NCBI GenBank assembly: GCA_000708835.1
Contig: DF236976.1
Span: 248,001-312,000, forward strand
Length of the DNA: 64,000 nucleotides
From: Klebsormidium nitens
Taxonomy: Eukaryota; Plantae; Klebsormidiophyceae
Direction of reading: 5' to 3'
How positions within the stretch are numbered: the first letter of the stretch is position 1; each line of letters begins with the position of its first letter. A program made the position numbers and the translations under genes. This document shows positions 60,320 through 64,000 of this stretch, in pieces. The notes beneath the pieces are model-generated. The model did no database searches, was not told the DNA's origin, and was given only the letters and a program-made list of their open reading frames with translations.

Positions 60320-60911
60320 GATTGGTCTTCGTACCTTTTCGAAAAGCTTAATCCCAGCTTGAAGAGGGCAATGCGGAGAGAGGAGGGATAACCGATACAA
60401 AAAGGGCATAAAGAAGGCCTCCGTTTCAGCTCATTTCAAGCTCATTCCAAGTCGGCCGTATGCAATGAGAAGGGAGCAGCTTCAGGAATGCAACGTTCGA
60501 CTTGTCCAAAAAGAGGGAGAACAGAAGCATAGGTCATGATAGGTACGCTTTTCAGCCATTGGCGTTGGTCCTTTTTGTCTGACGTCTATTTTGCGAGCTT
60601 CGCGGAGAGGCTGACGTCAGGACGCTTCGCCACTTGGCGGGCTGTCATTCGGTGCATGGCTTTTTTAGCCTGCCACGTAGGATCTTGCCCATTGGCATGA
60701 TGATGATCGAGAAAAAGTCACCAACGAGTCCGTTATTTGCGTTAATCTGCTCATGCAACTTTGCAATTTGTAAGTTGCAGTGCTAGCAGCAGCTTGTGTT
60801 CAGGTGGGCCAGGAAGAATACTGCAGGCTGCAGGGAGGGCGGAAGCAATTCTTGGGTTGTTTGGGGTTGCTTGGATCCCCATCAGGCGACTTGCTCGTGT
60901 GACTTCAAAGA
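60320..60911. promoter_or_regulatory. Head-to-head intergenic region (SDR-A / LACS) with ACGT-core bZIP-type motifs
   Basis: TGACGTC at 60580-60586, palindrome CTGACGTCAG at 60611-60620, GCCACGTA at 60672-60679. Function not shown. Confidence 0.4.
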
Positions 60912-63900
60912 ATGGAGCAGCACGGGGACGTTTTTGCGACGCTTCACAAGTGGTTGGACGGATTGCACCGCCATGCGTCGTGGCCCCTCACTGACCGCTA
61001 TCTACAGACGTATCTCATCCCGTCGGCTTTGACGGTCTTGGCTTTGACATTCACCTTGGCTCTGTGGTCTTTGTTGCCCAAGAGGCTCAAAGTCCGCGGA
61101 GCGCCAGTGAAGGCTGCAGGACCAAATCCTGGGGAAGCAAGGCGGAACAAGAGGTGGGGGTCTGCAATGCTTCCCTGCAAGCAAAGAGTGGCTGCATGCA
61201 GAGGGTTAATCTAGGAGTGTATAGAAAGATTTGGCATGATACTCTGCAAGAAGCTGGCTTTCAAGTCTTGCTCGTGTCTCATCGCTGCAGTGGGCTTTTG
61301 TTCGTCCATTGCGACAAGACAAAGCGGTATTTTGGTTGTGTCTTTCTCCTTCTGCAGAGTTCTTATTTTCTGTTCAGAACCAATCTGTACTATGCCAATT
61401 AAAATGAACGACCACAAGAAGCGAGCTTGCCCAGTGTGCTCCAACTTTTAATGCAGTGTAGAAAGACATTCGTGGTCTTGAGAAATATTGGTGGTATCTA
61501 GAGTCACTGCTAACATTTTCAGTAGTTCTACGAGTCAGTCACTGTTGATCATTACTCAGCACCCTTCGAGTTGAAGAAACACAATCAACGTTCTTTTTAG
61601 GTTCCACTGCTGTCAGCGCTGCTATACCAACCACTGTTGCTTTTCAGAATTTTTTTTTTCAGACGCAGCTAGTGCGAATAGAGCTTTGCTGTTCATGTTA
61701 CGAAACAAGCACAGAGAATCTCCATCTCTGGAAATTGACCTAGGTACAGTTGCTATTGATCCAGTACAAAATAGCTGAGAATATTGACATGACTCTCACC
61801 TTCCACCACCGCACTGCTCGCTAAAGCAATCACCTTTCAACAATCTTCAAGCTCTTTTCTACATTGCAGCAAACACTCTGCTGGGGCTGGTCAGAGCACT
61901 TGTCTAGCAAGCTGCATTCCTGGCAGCAATTAGTTCTCTCACTTGTACTTTCAAATCCTTTCAGGTATCTGGCATTCCTGGAAACTCCATGGGATGGCGC
62001 TGAAACCCTGGCCAGCCTCTTTGAGCAGTCGGCCAAGAAGAACGCCGGCAACAAGTGCCTGGGCCACCGACGGGTGATTAAGCGCGAGGAGTTCTTTGAC
62101 GAGAAGTCCAAGCGCAACTTTGAGAAGCTGACGCTTGGGGAGTACCAGTTCCAAACTTACCAGCAGGTAAAAACACTCTCTTTCAAAAGAGTAACAAAAT
62201 GTACAAAGATGATGGAATTTGGTGGCCGCGTCAAGGGGTCACTGCAGGTGTCTGGTGTGTTCCAAGCAGTCCTGTACCACACCCTGGCCGTTGGATGACA
62301 TCGCAGACTTGCAAGTGCTCTTTAGCGGAGCCCTTCGGATGACTGCGACAATTCCCACTGCTCTAGTCCCCATCTCGTACTTGCTTTCGAGGTGTTGCAA
62401 GCTGGACGCTTTGTTCACCAAAGTGAGTGGGGAGAAATTATGCAATCATTTGTTTGTTGAAGCCATTAATTCATTGTTGGCGTATTTCTTTAGCGCTTCC
62501 TCAATCTGTTCCGTCACACACATTTGTCGAGGCCACGAAACAATTTTGTCCGCGCTTGCTGGGCTGCCAAACAAAGCGCCATTCGTTTTACTTATCTTGC
62601 CAGGTGTTTGAACGCGTTGAGCGTGTCTCCTCGGGTCTCATTGCACTGGGCCACAAGCCCCGTGAGAACCTCGGCATATTTGCCGAGACGCAGGCGGGAT
62701 GGATTGTCACCCTGCAAGCAGCCACTCGACAGAGCATTCCGGTTGTTACTGGTGAGGAACGTTCCAAATACCTACACAAAAAGTGGTGTCCAAATCTTGA
62801 AACAAGGAGACAGACGCTTAGCAGTTGCGGCGTGAGGCCAATTGTCATGGGGCGACGATCTTCAATCAAAACTCATTTTGGAAGATCAGCCGTCTTCTGT
62901 TGCCGTGGTTTGCTCTCCGAAGTGTCGTTTGTTTGGGCCACATAAAGAACCAGCCCCACTTGGCACTCGTAGAAAACGCCATAGGGTGTAACAATGTCCA
63001 CCTGCGGTTGTCACTTTTCAACAAGCTTTAATGGATCAACAAGCCTGGGACCGATTGTTCAGCCTCGTCTCTGCTCATCGCTTGAGAGGGCGTAGGACAT
63101 GCATGTCCACTCCAAGCAATGTACGGTGTCGGGAGCTCAGTTCTTTCAACTCGAAGCTTCCAAAATAGGACTCAACCAGTGTGCATCTTTGAAATCCCAA
63201 AATCGGACGCCCTCTTGAACTGCTGTGCTGGTGAATCTTTTGACAGTGTATGCATCCTTGGGCGACGAGGCCCTGGTGCACGCGCTCGGCGAGACGGAGG
63301 TGAAGACGGTGGTGGCGGATCTGAAGCTCATGGGCAAGCTGGTCAAGGTCGCCGACAAGCTGACGACCGTCAAGCGGGTCATCTACTTCGATGACATCAA
63401 CCCCGACAGTAAGTGCCCACCTAGGCCTTGGGCACTTTCTTTTGTCCACATAAATTCTTCGTTGCTTCTCAAGAATGTTTGATGGGGCCTTGTGTTTGAA
63501 CGTGAGATTGTCGTGGCTGATTTCGACTCGTGTGTTCCAATCTCTTGAGCTCAGCACCTGTGAACGTTTGTTCAGGACCTGGTTGATTCGGTTACTTGCA
63601 GGGCTGGACAGCTTTTTCCATGAAAACGTCACGTCTCAATTTGCCATTTTCGTAGTGGCTTTTTCCTTCGTTCACAGTGATGATTGATAAGAATTGCCAC
63701 ACTGTCAACCCGAAGGATCTTACAATGTGCAAATTAGGACCAACCAAGCGTGTCAACTTTCCATGTCTCTGGTGCCTGACAATCTGACCAAAATCTTTGC
63801 AGTGGAGCTACCGAAGATGCCGTCATCGTGGCACATTGTGAGCATGAAGGAGTTGGAGGCACTCGGGGAGAAGCAGCCTGCCAAGCCCACGCTGCCCAAG

Positions 63901-64000
63901 CCGTCCGATCTCGCCGTCATCATGTATACGAGCGGGAGCACAGGAATGCCCAAGGTGATTACTCTTAGCTTCGTGGCCAACTTAACCCTGATTTCGGTGC
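60912..64000 (+). CDS. LACS: Long-chain acyl-CoA synthetase (LACS8/9-like), 5' portion, truncated by the window end
   Basis: N-terminal membrane anchor, ETPWDGAETLASLFEQS, FEKLTLGEYQF, GIFAETQAGW, TVYASLGDEALVHALGETEV, and AMP-binding motif AVIMYTSGSTGMPK. Confidence 0.95.

Overview
Compact, intron-rich eukaryotic nuclear DNA with plant-type genes; by inference a streptophyte alga (Klebsormidium-like), not confirmed. Genes reconstructed by hand from GT-AG splice sites, in order: 3' end of a TVP38/TMEM64 gene; an ~848-aa histidine phosphatase with two large insertions; an intronless YisB-like HNH protein; prenyltransferase alpha subunit (FTA); a WRC-domain protein with EAR motifs; an OCP3-like plastid homeodomain protein; ZNF511-like; exportin-4; augmin AUG2; thylakoid lumenal 17.9-kDa protein; two tandem SDR110C-like dehydrogenases; and the 5' part of a LACS8/9-like acyl-CoA synthetase. 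Three non-autonomous TIR elements are present, with 9-bp, 7-bp and TA flanking duplications, plus several tandem repeats. The most unusual signal is a pair of related tRNA-framed elements (32356-33167 +, 812 nt; 35959-36207 -, 249 nt). Both have acceptor stem, D-arm and T-arm with compensatory changes between copies, but the anticodon arm is replaced by a long helix enclosing a large insert, a tmRNA-like architecture. The shorter copy carries the G3-U70/A73 alanine identity. The two copies point toward each other across the ZNF511 gene. All calls come from reading the sequence; no searches were run.
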